Positions 42,873 through 56,047 of a stretch of 64,000 nucleotides of DNA are shown one piece after another (within the stretch, counting starts at the first letter, position 1; every line of letters begins with the position of its first letter). A program made the translations under genes and the position numbers. The stretch comes from Octopus vulgaris. Taxonomy: Eukaryota. Below the pieces are notes generated by a model that did no database searches, was not told the origin of the DNA, and saw nothing but the letters and a program-made list of their open reading frames with translations. The stretch is taken from NCBI GenBank assembly GCA_951406725.2, contig OX597828.1, positions 69,564,001 to 69,628,000 on the forward strand, given 5' to 3'.

Positions 42873-43500
42873 CATCATTATTATTATTATTATTATCATC
42901 ATTATTACTTTTGGTAATTTGATATTTCAGTTTTTGGTTCATATTCTTAGCTTACTATTAATAGCATTAATAACGATTATTATTATTGTTGCTGTTGTTA
43001 TCATCATCATCATTATCATTAGCATTAATATTATTATTCCTGTCTTGACATTGCAAAAAGTTGTCGGCAAAAAAAATTTCTTCGCTGTGAAGGTTGGTGG
43101 AAGTATCAGAGTGTTGGAGAAAAGGTCAAAAGGATTAGAGTCCAGAAAGTTCCCATTGAGATCTCGTAGAATGTTTCAACCAATCGAACATTTCTACAGA
43201 GAGCCAGGAAAATCAATAAGAAGCAATTTATCGTATTATTGTGGAGTTCTTCATCTCGGATGCTTTATTAATTTATTCCGTGCTGCTTGGCATCGTGTCT
43301 TTTGGTAAAGGTTAATAATGTCTTCAGATACAGAACAAATTATGATGACAACAACAACAACAACAACAACAGCAAGTGTAACTGCAGAGGCTCCAATAAC
43401 AACAATTATAATAACATAAATATAAACACTAATAACTATGGTAGCAACAGTTACATCATCGTTGACGATGACCACAACAACAGTGACAGCAATAACAAGT

Positions 43501-43857
43501 GGAGGCGCAATGGCCCAATGGTTAGGGCAGCAGACTCGCGGTCGGAGGATCACGGTTTCGATTCTCAGACCGGGCGTTGTGTGCGTTTATTGAGTGAAAA
43601 CACCTAAAGCTCCACAAGGCTCCGGCAGGGGCTGGTGGCGACCCCTGTTGTACTCTTTCGCCCCAACTTTCACTCACTCTTTCTTCCTGTTTCTTGTCCC
43701 CGACTTCCTACGCAACCGCTGAGCCCAGATGCGCATTCATCCATCCATCGATGCTCTCGGTGTCGGAGGTTGACCTGCTTTCTCTTCTGTGGGTCTTATG
43801 AATAGCAAAGGACCACGTTTTGGACTTCTCTCTCTACAGAAGACCACTTCGCTCAAC
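43501..43857 (+). mobile_element. SINE family D, tail type 2
   Basis: First ~185 bp match the 11062 copy, followed by an unrelated tail ending in (AAC)n. Confidence 0.8.
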
Positions 43858-44380
43858 ATCAACAGCAATAACAACATCGTCAACAACAACAATAATAAAC
43901 CAGCAAAGGCACCTGTAAGTGGTTACTAGAAATAACAACCAGATTCTTCCTTAAATCACACACTCGTCCCTACTGTCCTCTCTTCCACCCCCAAAAGACA
44001 TGGTACATGGTGTGGCCCTAGTTGCTCTGTATTTTAAAGAGCAGAATGGTCACTGCTACAACAGTGGCAGAGTTTGTTGGATCGGAGCTGACCCGGGGTT
44101 GAACAACAACAGTGAAGAACGCATTAGGAATCAAAAAGTTTTCCTGTGGCTGACCTGCAAAGGCCACGAGTACAGCTGTACTTTTGGCCTTTGCAGGTTC
44201 ACCACGACTGGTGCGATGGATGGGGGTCAGCGTTCTTCTTCAAAACTTGCAAGTTGACAGCTGAAGGAAAAACTTGGGCAGGGAATTAATGCCTGAAGGA
44301 CGATGTTTTAGGGTGGGAGAATGGGGTGTCATGGATAGTGCAGTGTCCAAGAGTCGTGGATGGAGGAGAGGTGTGTGACT

Positions 44381-44622
44381 AAGGTGACAGAAAATCAGAA
44401 CTGACAGAAACGTTAGCACGCCAAGCGAGATGCTTAGCTGTATTTCATCTGCTGCTATGTTCTGAGTTCAAATTCCGCCAAGGTCGACTTTGCCTTTCAT
44501 CTTTTCGGGGTCGATATATTAAGTACCAGTTATGCACTGGATTCAATGTAATCGACTTAATCCTTTTGTCTGTCCTTGTTTGTCCCCTCTGTGTGTAGCC
44601 CCTTGTGGGCAGTAAAGAAATA
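44381..44622 (+). mobile_element. Family A SINE
   Basis: Full core and tail ...gtaaagaaata. Confidence 0.8.
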
Positions 44623-47600
44623 AGAAAATCAGCCTGTTCATAAGAGCAGAGCTCACTGTAGTATCTGTAGGCAGGGTAGAGAGAGGGGACATTGTACTTC
44701 TGGGGATTAGAGGATGGTGAATGACTGTGTCAATCAATTAAGAGGGGGTTTTTTTTTGGAGGAGAGGAGCAGAGATTCAGTTCCTATCAAAATTGAGCGT
44801 CTCAGATAGGTGGATATCGAGGTAGGTAGGAAAGGAGAAAAATGAATGTGCAATGTCCCTAATGCTTGCCTCAAGGACTTTAGTATCATCATCATCATCA
44901 CTACCTCTATTACCACCACTGTTGTCTTCCTCCTCATTATTATTGTTGTTATTGTCACTACCATTGTCATCAACATCAATCATCCTCATGGCCACCAGCA
45001 GTGCTGGATTAAGCATTAAGCAAAATAAGTACATGCTTAGGGCATAAAGGGAAGGAGGGGGGAACCACAGAAATGGTAAATGGTTGACGGCACAAATAAA
45101 AATCACTTTAAACTTGCTAAAATAATATTCGGGATGCCTTTATCTCTACTGAGTATAGATGCAGATGTGTTACCTAAGATTAATTTTAAGGATCTGATCA
45201 AAGGCTTTGCAATTCCAAAAAGTAGGAGGAAACTTTTCAAATCTAAATAAAGTGGAAGAGGACAAAAATAAACATTATTTTCCCTCTTATTTTGTTTTGT
45301 TTCATTTTGAAAAATAAGAATTTATTTTATGGTTTGTTATTGTTTATATTTTGAATTAGATAATCTTTTATCTAATTCAAATACTTACTTTTGTCTGCTC
45401 GCCATCCCACCCACGACCTCCACTGCTGTCTGCTATCCACCCCAGCTACCTTTCAACCTTACTCTCTTCACCGCTGTCTGTTCTCTGCTCCACCTACACC
45501 TTCCCCATGGGCACCAAAATCTTTCAAGTGCTTAGGGCCTCAATGGGTCTTAATCTGGCCCTGCATGGCAGTGTCACAACAGTTGTTATTATCAGAACAA
45601 ATACCACAAGGTATCTTTCTGGACCCCCACCAACGGTTCCACCCACCTGGATTGCAACTTTTGTTTTTTTTTTCTCATTGACTCTAAAAGGGACGAAAGA
45701 TAAGGTTAGACCTCAGCAGGATTTGAACTTGCAACAGCAAGAGTCAATCCAAATATCCCGCCGATGCATTCTTTCTAATGCTGGAACAACTTTGCCAAAT
45801 TTGCTGCTTTCTCTAAAATAAATAAATAAGAGAACCTGAAACTCTGCTGCAAGATTGGAATCGGTCGGTCCAAGACAAAAGAGATCGTTCACATGAACAG
45901 AGACAAAACAAACTTCTCTGAGTTTTTTGTATTTTTTCTCCTGAAACTCTATGAACCGTTCTTATCTCTTTTCTGGTTCTTTCAAAGACATTTGAGATAA
46001 GTCGGCTCAGCCTGCTGCTGCCGATGCTACTGCTGCTGCTGCTGCTGTTGTTGTTGTTTTTGCTGTTGTTGTGATTGTTGGTGTAGCTGTTGTTTATGAT
46101 GATTTCATTGTTGCTGTTGTTGTTCTTGTTGTTATTGTTTATGGTGTTTTTGTTGTTGTTGTTGTTACTGCTACAAAAAAAAGCAACAAAACGAATAAAA
46201 AGGAGGCAGGAGGAGGAGGAGGAGAGAAGAAGAAGGAGGTGACGGAGATGTGGGGGTGGGTGGAGAATAGTAACATGTTTATATTTTGATATTTTAATTG
46301 GGAAAATGTTTGGAATAAATACTTACTGTTGTCTGCTCGCCATCCCACCCACGACCTCCACTGCTGTCTGCTATCCACCCCAGCTACCTTTCAACCTTAC
46401 TCTCTTCACCGCTGTCTGTTCTCTGCTCCACCTACACCTTCCACTTGTCTGCTCTCCACACATCCACCCGTCCAACCATGACCTCCACTGTTGTCTGCCC
46501 TCCACCCCTTTCTACCCATCCAACCACTCCTCCCCTTATGCATACCCCTACTTTGGTTTGTTTACATTGAATTTGGTCTTGTTGCTGTTGTTGTTGTTAT
46601 TGTAGTAAGAGCAGCAGTGGTAGGTGTTGTTATTGCCATGATAGTGGTGGTACTGGCAGTGATGGTGGTGGTGGTGGTGGTGGTGGCAGTGGCGGCAGTG
46701 ATGGTGGTGCTGGTGGTGGTGGTTGTGGCATTGATGGTGGTAGCGGTGGTGGCAGCTGCGGTGGTGGTGGTGGTGGTAGTGGTGGTATGGCTGTTGTTGG
46801 TATTCTGGTAGTGATTATACTAGCATGGCTATCATTATTGTTGATGGTGGTGGTTGTGGTGGTGGTAATCTTGTGGTTGTTGTTATCCTGGTAGTGGTTG
46901 TGATGGCACAGCAATTATTGTTGTTGCTGCTGAAGCTGTGAATATATTTTTATTTTTGTTGTTACAAAGATGCTACCATTATTGCTATTGATGTTGGTGG
47001 TGGTGGTGGTGGTGGTGATGATGATGGTGGTGGTGTTTGACCCTTAACACTTCAGGTCAAAATGTTACACCCTCCACTCCATTTTAGGAGGGATCAAACA
47101 ACAAAAAAGTAACGAAAGAAAAACAACTTTTAAAGGAAAATAAAAAAAAACAATCCTCATTGTTCCTTGCCATATTTAGTCCCTGGTCATCAAAATGACC
47201 CCTAGATTTGATTTCTCTTTATTAACATTTATTACCAGATTTAATCCCTTTTTCAATTATGTTATGTTGCATATTTGATCCCTGTCTACCAATATGTAAT
47301 TTGTTTGACTGAGCTCCCTTTACCAACGTGTGACATATTCAATTTCTGTTGATCAATATTTATCATTTAACCCTTGTCTTCCATCATAGACCACATTTAA
47401 TCCTATCCATAAATACATATCATATTTGATGATCTCTCTCTTCACCAATATTTGAAATATTTCATTTCTGTTTATCAATACATGCTGTATTTACCCTGTT
47501 CATCATTATATGCCATATTTGATCTCTGTCCATTATTACATAACACATTTGTTATGTAATAATATATCATATTACGAGCATATGTAAATATATATCAAAT

Positions 47601-47756
47601 CTGACTTCTTTTCGCCAATATATGCTATATTTATCCCCATTCTCTCAGTGTGTATTATATTTGATCTCTGTACATTTGTTATTTAACATAGTTGATCTCA
47701 GTTTATCAAAGGTTTCCATATTTGATCTTTATTCAGCAAAATTTATGTAGCCTATT

Positions 47757-47783
47757 TGATCCGAGTTCGATTCCAGGCAGTGA

Positions 47784-47861
<78 letters not shown>

Positions 47862-48325
47862 TAATAGAGCACTATCTCATGGGATAGTGCTTATGGGAAC
47901 TGCCCATATCCTACGCAAAATACTTTCTATGTTATCTCAAGTTTTATAACAAACATAATTTTCGTATGTTTTTTTAGACATTCACTAGTACAACACTAAG
48001 TACAGAACCAAATATATGGCACCCTAGGCATAGCACCAACATGAACTTCCAACTTATCTCTTGAGGTCTCTGGGTGAGACTTGGAACCAACTTGTGCGAA
48101 TGTAAAGCAAAAGTCAAACAGAATAATAATAATTATTATAATAACATCGAAAAATACCTTAGGAATGAGAACCCAGGTTCGAAATTTCTCCAAGACACCT
48201 GATGAAGGCTGGAGGGTAAATCAATCGTAACATGTTAACAACAAACAAGATGAGGACAAATATCCGTCAAATGTAAATAATTTAAATAGTGTACATAATT
48301 CCTCATCTCTTAAATATAGAACTGT
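47757..48325 (+). mobile_element. Penelope-like short element with decayed hammerhead, split by an R4/Dong insertion
   Basis: gacac CTGATGA aggctgg... at ~48194-48240, with the GAAAC decayed. The element is interrupted at its (AAT)n tract. Confidence 0.5.
47884..48122 (+). mobile_element. 5'-truncated R4/Dong-clade non-LTR retrotransposon 3' end
   Basis: Encodes IVLMGTAHILRKILSM, which resembles the C-terminal LLGTAHILRKVL motif of R4/Dong elements. It is embedded in (AAT)n on both sides. Confidence 0.75.
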
Positions 48326-49779
48326 ATTTGATCCCTGTTCAACATTATATACCTCAAATGATCTCTGTTCGTAAATACGAACCCTATTTGATCCCTGTTC
48401 ATTAATAGATACAATATTTGATTTCTGGTCATCATCATGTACCATAGTTCAACTCGAGCCATATTTGAGCTGTGCTTATGAAATTGAACCATATTTGATC
48501 ATGGTCCATCATCGTTAATCCATTATATTTGAATTCTGTTCATTATCAGTTGCTATGTCTTCTCTCTTTGACTTGTTAGATTGTGGCCATGCTGGGGCAC
48601 CACCTTGAAGAATTTTTAGTCAACTGAATTGTCCCCACTACTTAGTTTTTTTTTTTTTAAAGTCTAGTACTTATTCTATCTGTCCCATTTGCTAAACCAC
48701 TAGGTTACGGGCACTTAAACACACCAACACCGGCTATCAAACAGTGGTGGTAGGGGAGATAAACACAGATATCAAGACACACACATACATACATACACTT
48801 ACACACAAATGACAGGCTTCTTTTCAGTTTCCACCCATCAAATCCACTCACAAGGCTTTGGGTCCAAGGGTATAGAAGACAACTTGCCCAAGGTGCCACA
48901 TTGTGAGACTAAACCCAGAACCATGAGGTTGGGGAGCAAACTTCTTACCACAGAGCCACACCTCTCGTATTTTACATGATCTTTTCATTATCCTGGGGCA
49001 TATTTGCCAAGAAGCTTTACATAGGTATTTGTACAATTAGAGATGTGGTGGTTGTGGTGGTTGTGGTGGTGGTGGTGGTTCTCTCTCATTTCAAGACAAG
49101 TATTTAATTGTTTAGTCAGGTGAATTACCTGCTTCTGAATCAATGTATAACTGGCTGAGTATTCCATTGATATGTCTACCCTTTACATAATCCTCAACCC
49201 GAATCAGAATGACACTGTATGTGACAAGGCTGCACGTACAATCTGCATGAAAGGATTCTCTACAGTTTCCATTCCTCCATCTACACTCACAGTGTATGAG
49301 GGTGACCCAAGACTCTAGAAAATAACATTTGCCCAAGACGCCATGTAACAGGATTGAACCTGGGACCTCCAGACTTCCTCAGTTTTCATCCATAGTCACA
49401 GACATATAGCTATCAATGGACAAGAAGTAAGCACCCTGCTCCCACATGAAACGAGGCACTCCATGTGGTTAATCTCATAAATCTATAAAATATTTCACCC
49501 CCAAAAACGAACAGAGATCAAACCGTTTGAGAGGTGGGGTTTCACAACAGATTTGAAGACAAAGGGAAGCAGTTTGGAAAGTTCTCCCCATAAGTTAAAC
49601 ATTGCCCCTTCTTGCCCTCCTGCAGGGGAAAAGTGATTTGATTCTCCGTCAGTGAATTTATTTCTTATTCTTTTCTTCAGCTATGCAAAAAGCTTCGAAT
49701 AAAATCTTACCAAGACGATGGAAAAACAGAGGCAAAGTAAACTCAAGCTCTATATCAGCAATATGGAAGCCAGAGGTAG

Positions 49780-49839
<60 letters not shown>

Positions 49840-50043
49840 CATCTCTTTATGTTTTTCTCTCGTCTCATTCCACCTCAAACAAAACAGGCAACATTGGTTG
49901 CTTTGCATATATTGCAATACGTTGAGAAACATTCTCTCTATATTCAATTTCTATGGCTTCCATCCATATGTGGCACCAGCACGGTATATATAATTACACA
50001 CACACACAATATATATATATACATACATACATACATACATACA

Positions 50044-50079
<36 letters not shown>

Positions 50080-51000
50080 TACATACATACATACATACAT
50101 ATAAACACAGCTAACTTCTTTCATCAAAAAACAGTTTATCAATTTCGCAAGGTAATTGAAGAATTACTATAAACTCTTTAAATTCTTCAGTTATTTTCTT
50201 ACATTTTGATAAACTTTTTTAAAAATGGAAATAATTTATAAAGAAAAGCCTACACTATTAATTGTACATGAGTGTGTATGTGTGTATGTATACTTAGATA
50301 TATATTTAGAAATGGTTATAGATATATAGATATGTGTGTGTGTACATGCTTATACAGAGCCAACCAGACAGATATATATATATAGTCATGTATGTATGTG
50401 TATATACTTACATACATCTATATATAGACAACAAATAGATGTATATAAGTATATACACACATACATGACTATATATAAAATATTAAATATGAATTAGAGA
50501 TAAAACCACCATTAGGCAACTCAAACAGTGATAGACATAAACCAATACATAAATAACAAATAATATAAATATAATTAAAATAATATATAATATATATATA
50601 TATAATTTTTTTTTCCAAAAATTATAAAAAGAATGATAAATATAATATAATATATATACAGTCATGTATGTGTATATACTTACATACATCTATATATAGA
50701 CAACAAATAGATGTATATATATATATAAACCTAGATTTCTTTTGTGTGTGTGTGTGTAAATGAGCAAAACAATGGTGACATTGTCTCTCCTAGTTGACAT
50801 GGCAATCAATTGTTTTGCACTTTGAAATGTTCCGGAATTAAAAAAAATCCTTTACTTAAAAAACAGTCAAGGGTTTGTGATGAGAAGAGCAATCAGCTGT
50901 AAAAATATTGCCTCAGATCAGTCCCTATCCAACTCTAGCATTGAGAAACGGGCTCAAATGGATATATATAAATGTGTGTGTGTGTGTGTGTGTGTGTGTG

Positions 51001-51848
51001 TTGGGTATTTGGGTTAAATTTGATAGTTTGCATAAAAGGAAAAGAAAACAGTAATCCATCCCAAAATAAAAAAGTATTTTTAAAAATCCAAAAATATTAA
51101 AACCGGATTATGGCTGGGAGATAACAGTTTATTCAAAGTTGTTGCCCTCAGATTCCACCACAGCCTCAAGACAGTTCCAGAACTTGGTGTGTGTGTGTGA
51201 ACTCCTCACTGTGTCCCTGAGAAGATCTTTGGAACCTTCTGAATCTTGGCCACCAGCTTGGCTTTGGTGTTGCAGGTAGAGCAGTTGGTGTCTCTTGACC
51301 ATGCCCTACACATAGTTGATCCATGGGATTGCAATCAAGGGAATTAAGGGACCAGAAATTGGGGGCTGATAACCACTTCTGACTCTTTCTGAAGGTGTGT
51401 CAAGGAGCTTGAGGCCTTCCAACAACAACCCTCTTCATCTTTAGCTATGACCACTACCTCCAGCAGCTTCACGTAACCTAAGGCCCTGTTCAAAGATGTT
51501 GACCAACATTGCATCACCTTCACTGGAGACACACCCAAAGACCATCCCAGTTTGGGGAAACTTGGTCTTCATGATGTCCATGTCACATCTTACAGCCTTT
51601 CCTGCGTTCACACAGCACTGAGCCTCGGTCTTGATGTCGACATTTTGGTACCTGGTGCAAATCTTCATGATACAGGTAACTCTTTTCCAATATTCTCATG
51701 GCTTCCAGTCCTCCATGTTACCTGTCTGTTTCTCAACTACAACTTTAATATTTATGCTCTCCAACGCCGTTGACTGTTCACCAATACATCAAGCTACCCT
51801 GAGACACAGGAAATGTAAAAAGCTGATCAATTTTAGTCCAGCACCCTG
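51001..51848 (-). mobile_element. Decayed, internally deleted Tc1/mariner-superfamily (maT/Tc1-like) transposon
   Basis: Peptide relics KTKFPQTGMVFGCVSSEG, FWSLNSLDCNPMD (SPDLNP-like) and C-terminal LEAVVESEGNNFE* (stop at 51129). CAGGGTG terminus at 51848. The left boundary is approximate. Confidence 0.75.
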
Positions 51849-54319
51849 CATGCATGCATGTAAGTATCTGGTATTTGGTTCCAAGGAAAGTATACTGAAT
51901 AGAAATGTAGTTTTATTTAAATGGATCCAGTGGTCTAGCAGACTAACTTGTTTGAAGAAACAGTGACCAGTCGTAGAAACTGCAGAAAAACAGGCTCTTG
52001 TGCCATCTTAAGTATATTGCCTAATTATATTTGTAGGTATTTTTTGGTAGGTGTAATTATCTGTCTATTCATCTGCCTGTCCACTCTTTCTCTCCCTATA
52101 TATTTATAAACACACACACATACATCATCAACATTATTATTATTGTCATTTAACATCCACTCTCCATGTACATATAACCACACACACACATATATATATA
52201 TATAATATATTTGTTAATGTATCAAATAGATTGCTTTGCAATAAACGTTCCAATCCTCTATGCTTTGTGTTCAAATCTCATCAATGCTTTCATCCTTTCA
52301 AGGTCAATAAGTAAACTACCAATCCTTTACCCTCGGGTCAGTTTATCCTTTTCTTGTCCAGTTTGTTTGACTTCCTCACTTCTGGAGAGAAGTGGTCAGA
52401 ACTGACCAGATGTAAAGGTTCCCGAGATTTGCTGTTTACCATAATAGCACCCCTACAACTCCATCAAAGACCTGAAGTCTCTTCTGCAGCAAAACACAGG
52501 TTCCTATCCCTTTATCATATTTTAATTTCTTAATGTTTGGCACAAATCCATGAAGACTACACTCCTCCATCTCAATTGAAGGGCCTTTGATTGTGAAATA
52601 CTTGGTGACCTCAGTGGTGCTGGTGCCATAAAAAAAAACACCCAGTGCACTCTGTAAAGTGGTTGCTCTTATGAAGGGCTTTGAGCTATAGAAAACACAA
52701 CAACATACATATTGGAGTTTGACACAGTCCTCTGGTTTATGAGAAAACAGAACCTAAACGATGATGATGATGACAATGACGACAACGATGATGACAAGGA
52801 GGATGGTGACAACACTGATGATAAAGTAGATGGACACTAGGTGGCCATGAACCTTGATGATGTCATCAGCCTACGGATATTTAAACTGAGCAGCAACTTC
52901 ACCATGTTGAGTGCTGAGGTCACCAAAAATTATGACCAACTGCTGAAAATAAACAATGGTTTCAAATTTTGGCACCAGGCTAGCAAGTCTGGGGAAGGGC
53001 TTAAGTCGATTACAACAACCCTGGCCCTTATTTTATTGACCCTGGAATGATGAAATGCAAGGTCGATTTCGGTGGAATTTGGACTCAGAACATAAAAATT
53101 GATGAAATTCCGCTAACCATTTTCCACTGCAAGCTAATGATTCCGCCGGCTCGCTGCCTTCAAATTAAATAATGGTTTCTGATTGAAGGAGAAAGAAGAT
53201 TGCAATTCTGAGGAAAGGGGTAAGTTGATTCCATCAACCCTTACAAATGACTGGTATTTTATTTTATCAACCTTGAAAGGATGAAAGGCAAAGTTGACAT
53301 CAGCAGGATTTGAACTCAGAATCTAAAGAGCCAGAAGAAATAACACAAATCATTTTTTCCGATGCTCTACTGATTCTGCCAAACTATAAAATAAAACTAT
53401 ATTTGTAAAAGTTAAAAAAAAAAAGAAAAACCTCTTCTACCCCTGTCCCTTCCCAAGCATCCCTATTTTTCAGTTTTGGCAAAGGAGTCTAGACAACCCA
53501 TTTGTGGGTTCTGCCCCACCACATTCAGCCAAAGCTAAAATATTGCTTTTCATCATGGAAAGGTTAGGGTGGGGATGGGGTGGGGGACAACCAATGCCTA
53601 AATAACCATTGAACTAAACCCTCTCCCTCCCCTACAATTCGACACCACTGCCGCTACCACACCTCAACAACCCCCCACCCTCCCATTCCCTAACCCTTAC
53701 CAATTACAATCCAATGCCGCCCACCTTGACTTTCGCAATCAACTCGGCAAAAGGCAACTTCCTGTAATATTTTATTAAAAAAAAAAAGAAGAAAGTAAAA
53801 TAAAATAAAATATAAAAATAACTTAGCATTTCATTTAGAGTCTATAAGCTTGTAAGAACCAGAACTGGCAAATTCCAAGAATGTGAGACTTTTACAGCAA
53901 TAGAATAAGTAGAAGAGGTCCATTCTTCAGTGTCATAGAAATTTCCATAGCTCGGCGCACTTACAGGCAAACCAGAAGATTAAGAATTAGGTAAGACCGA
54001 AAACGGACATTCTCCTCGTCGAAAGAAACATCACTAGACAGTGGCTTAACCAGCAGACAATGGGAAACAGAGAGAATTTTTTGGTTAAGGAGGTGAAGAG
54101 AGGGAAGAGGGAAGAGCCGTTGAAGAATTGGTTATCATCGTTCCATCAGAATTTCTTCCTCTTCTGGAGAAATGCCACATAGTTTTTGTGTTTTACTTCC
54201 CAATAACTACTTCACTCTGCGAGAGACACATTCAGGATGTTGATCATTAAAATAATCTCTCATTCTGGCTCTCTTTATGCATATAAATGTGTGTGTGTGT
54301 ATATATATATATATGTATG

Positions 54320-54425
<106 letters not shown>

Positions 54426-54574
54426 ATATATATGTATACACATATGCACACACATATGCATACACATACATTTATAATATATATGCACATATAAATATAC
54501 ATGCACATACGTAATACATAATGCAATATATATATATATTTTATTAATATTTAGAAGTAACAGAGTGATTCAAG

Positions 54575-54606
54575 GTCCGAGCGTTTCGTGCGTTGGCACT
54601 CATCAA
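54575..54606 (-). ncRNA. Truncated hammerhead remnant
   Basis: Minus strand reads TTGATGA gtgc caac gcac GAAAC gctc. Stem II is a perfect 4 bp, but the 5' stem I strand is lost at the (TA)n junction. Confidence 0.45.
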
Positions 54607-54608
54607 TG

Positions 54609-54660
<52 letters not shown>

Positions 54661-54872
54661 CACACACACACACACACATACATGCATGTATATATGTATG
54701 TACATACATATATATCTATATATATATATACATACATCTATTTCATTATTGTTTACAAGTCTGTTTTTCTTTCTATCTATCTGCATGTATATGGGTGTGT
54801 GTGTATATTATATTACTTTATATTATATTATATTATATTATATTATATGTATGTATGTATATGTGTGTTTAT

Positions 54873-54914
<42 letters not shown>

Positions 54915-56007
54915 TCTCACAAGTACAGTCAGCCATACACACGGATGCAAAAGAAGCACATGTCTGTGACCCAACACCGAGCCCCCTCTTGGCAGCCACT
55001 TGATTAGCTAGAAATACTATTCAAATCTCCCTCAAATCACATCCTATCACCTTAGAAAATGAAGGATGTTTTGCATTATTTAATCCTAAAGACATTATGA
55101 CTGGAGAAAGACATGATGCTGATGATGATGATGATGGAAGTCACTGGTCAAGAGGTTTGTGAGATCAGAATTGACCTGGGGTTAAACAACAACCCACACA
55201 CGCCAACCACTACCCACACTACCTCTGAATATAAATAAAGGAACTAGAACAAACCAGATGGTCACAGCTGGAAGATTGGATTTATCTCCTGATGATGGTT
55301 GGGGGTGATGGTGGTGGTGGTGGTTTAGGAAGTTGGTGATTGTGAGGTTAATGCTTGTAGTGGTGGTGGTGGTGGTGGTGATGGTGATGATGATGTTGCT
55401 TGTTAATGAAGATGGTGATGATGGTTGAAATGATGATGATGACTATAGTGATGAGCTCATCTAATGCAGTTATGGTATTGTGTAATACACATACACACAC
55501 ACATACATACACACATACATATGCATACATACTTACATACATACATACCTGCATGCATGCATGCATACACACATACATACACACATACACATACATACAT
55601 ATACATACACACATACATACACACATACATATATACATACATACACACATACATATACATATATACATACATGCACACATACATATACACATACATATAC
55701 ATACACACATACATACACACATACATATATACATACATACACACACATACACATACATATATACATACATACACACATACACACACATACATACACACAT
55801 ACATACACACATGCATACACACATAAGATGTCCATGGAAGTGTTAAAAATATATTGTTAATGCAATGAACAATAAAAGAAAGAAAAATAAGCAACACAGT
55901 TTTTCCCCAAAATTGTTTGAGCTGAACATTGAGAAGGAAAGGAAAGATATTAGTCGTTTGTCAGAAGGAAAGCATCAAAGGAGAAAGAGAAAAATGGCAC
56001 TCTTCCT

Positions 56008-56047
56008 ATTCTTCTGATGATGGACTAATGCGTGAAACATTAAGAAT
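56008..56047 (+). ncRNA. Minimal hammerhead ribozyme, decayed
   Basis: Reads attctt CTGATGA tggactaatgcgt GAAACATT aagaat. Stem I is 6 bp (attctt/aagaat), stem II is broken, and GAAACATT is probably CpG-decayed GAAACGTT. Confidence 0.5.

Larger units (their letters stand above)
47200..48545. repeat. Ancient degenerate ~30 bp minisatellite, interrupted at 47757-48325
   Basis: Recurrent catatttgatctctgttcat motif on both sides of the insertion. Confidence 0.65.

Noticed and set aside
48221-48492. Repeat-protein-like ORFs (NRDQI / EQGSN repeats)
   Set aside because: A by-product of a ~30 bp degenerate minisatellite; the frame is broken by stops and a transposon insertion.
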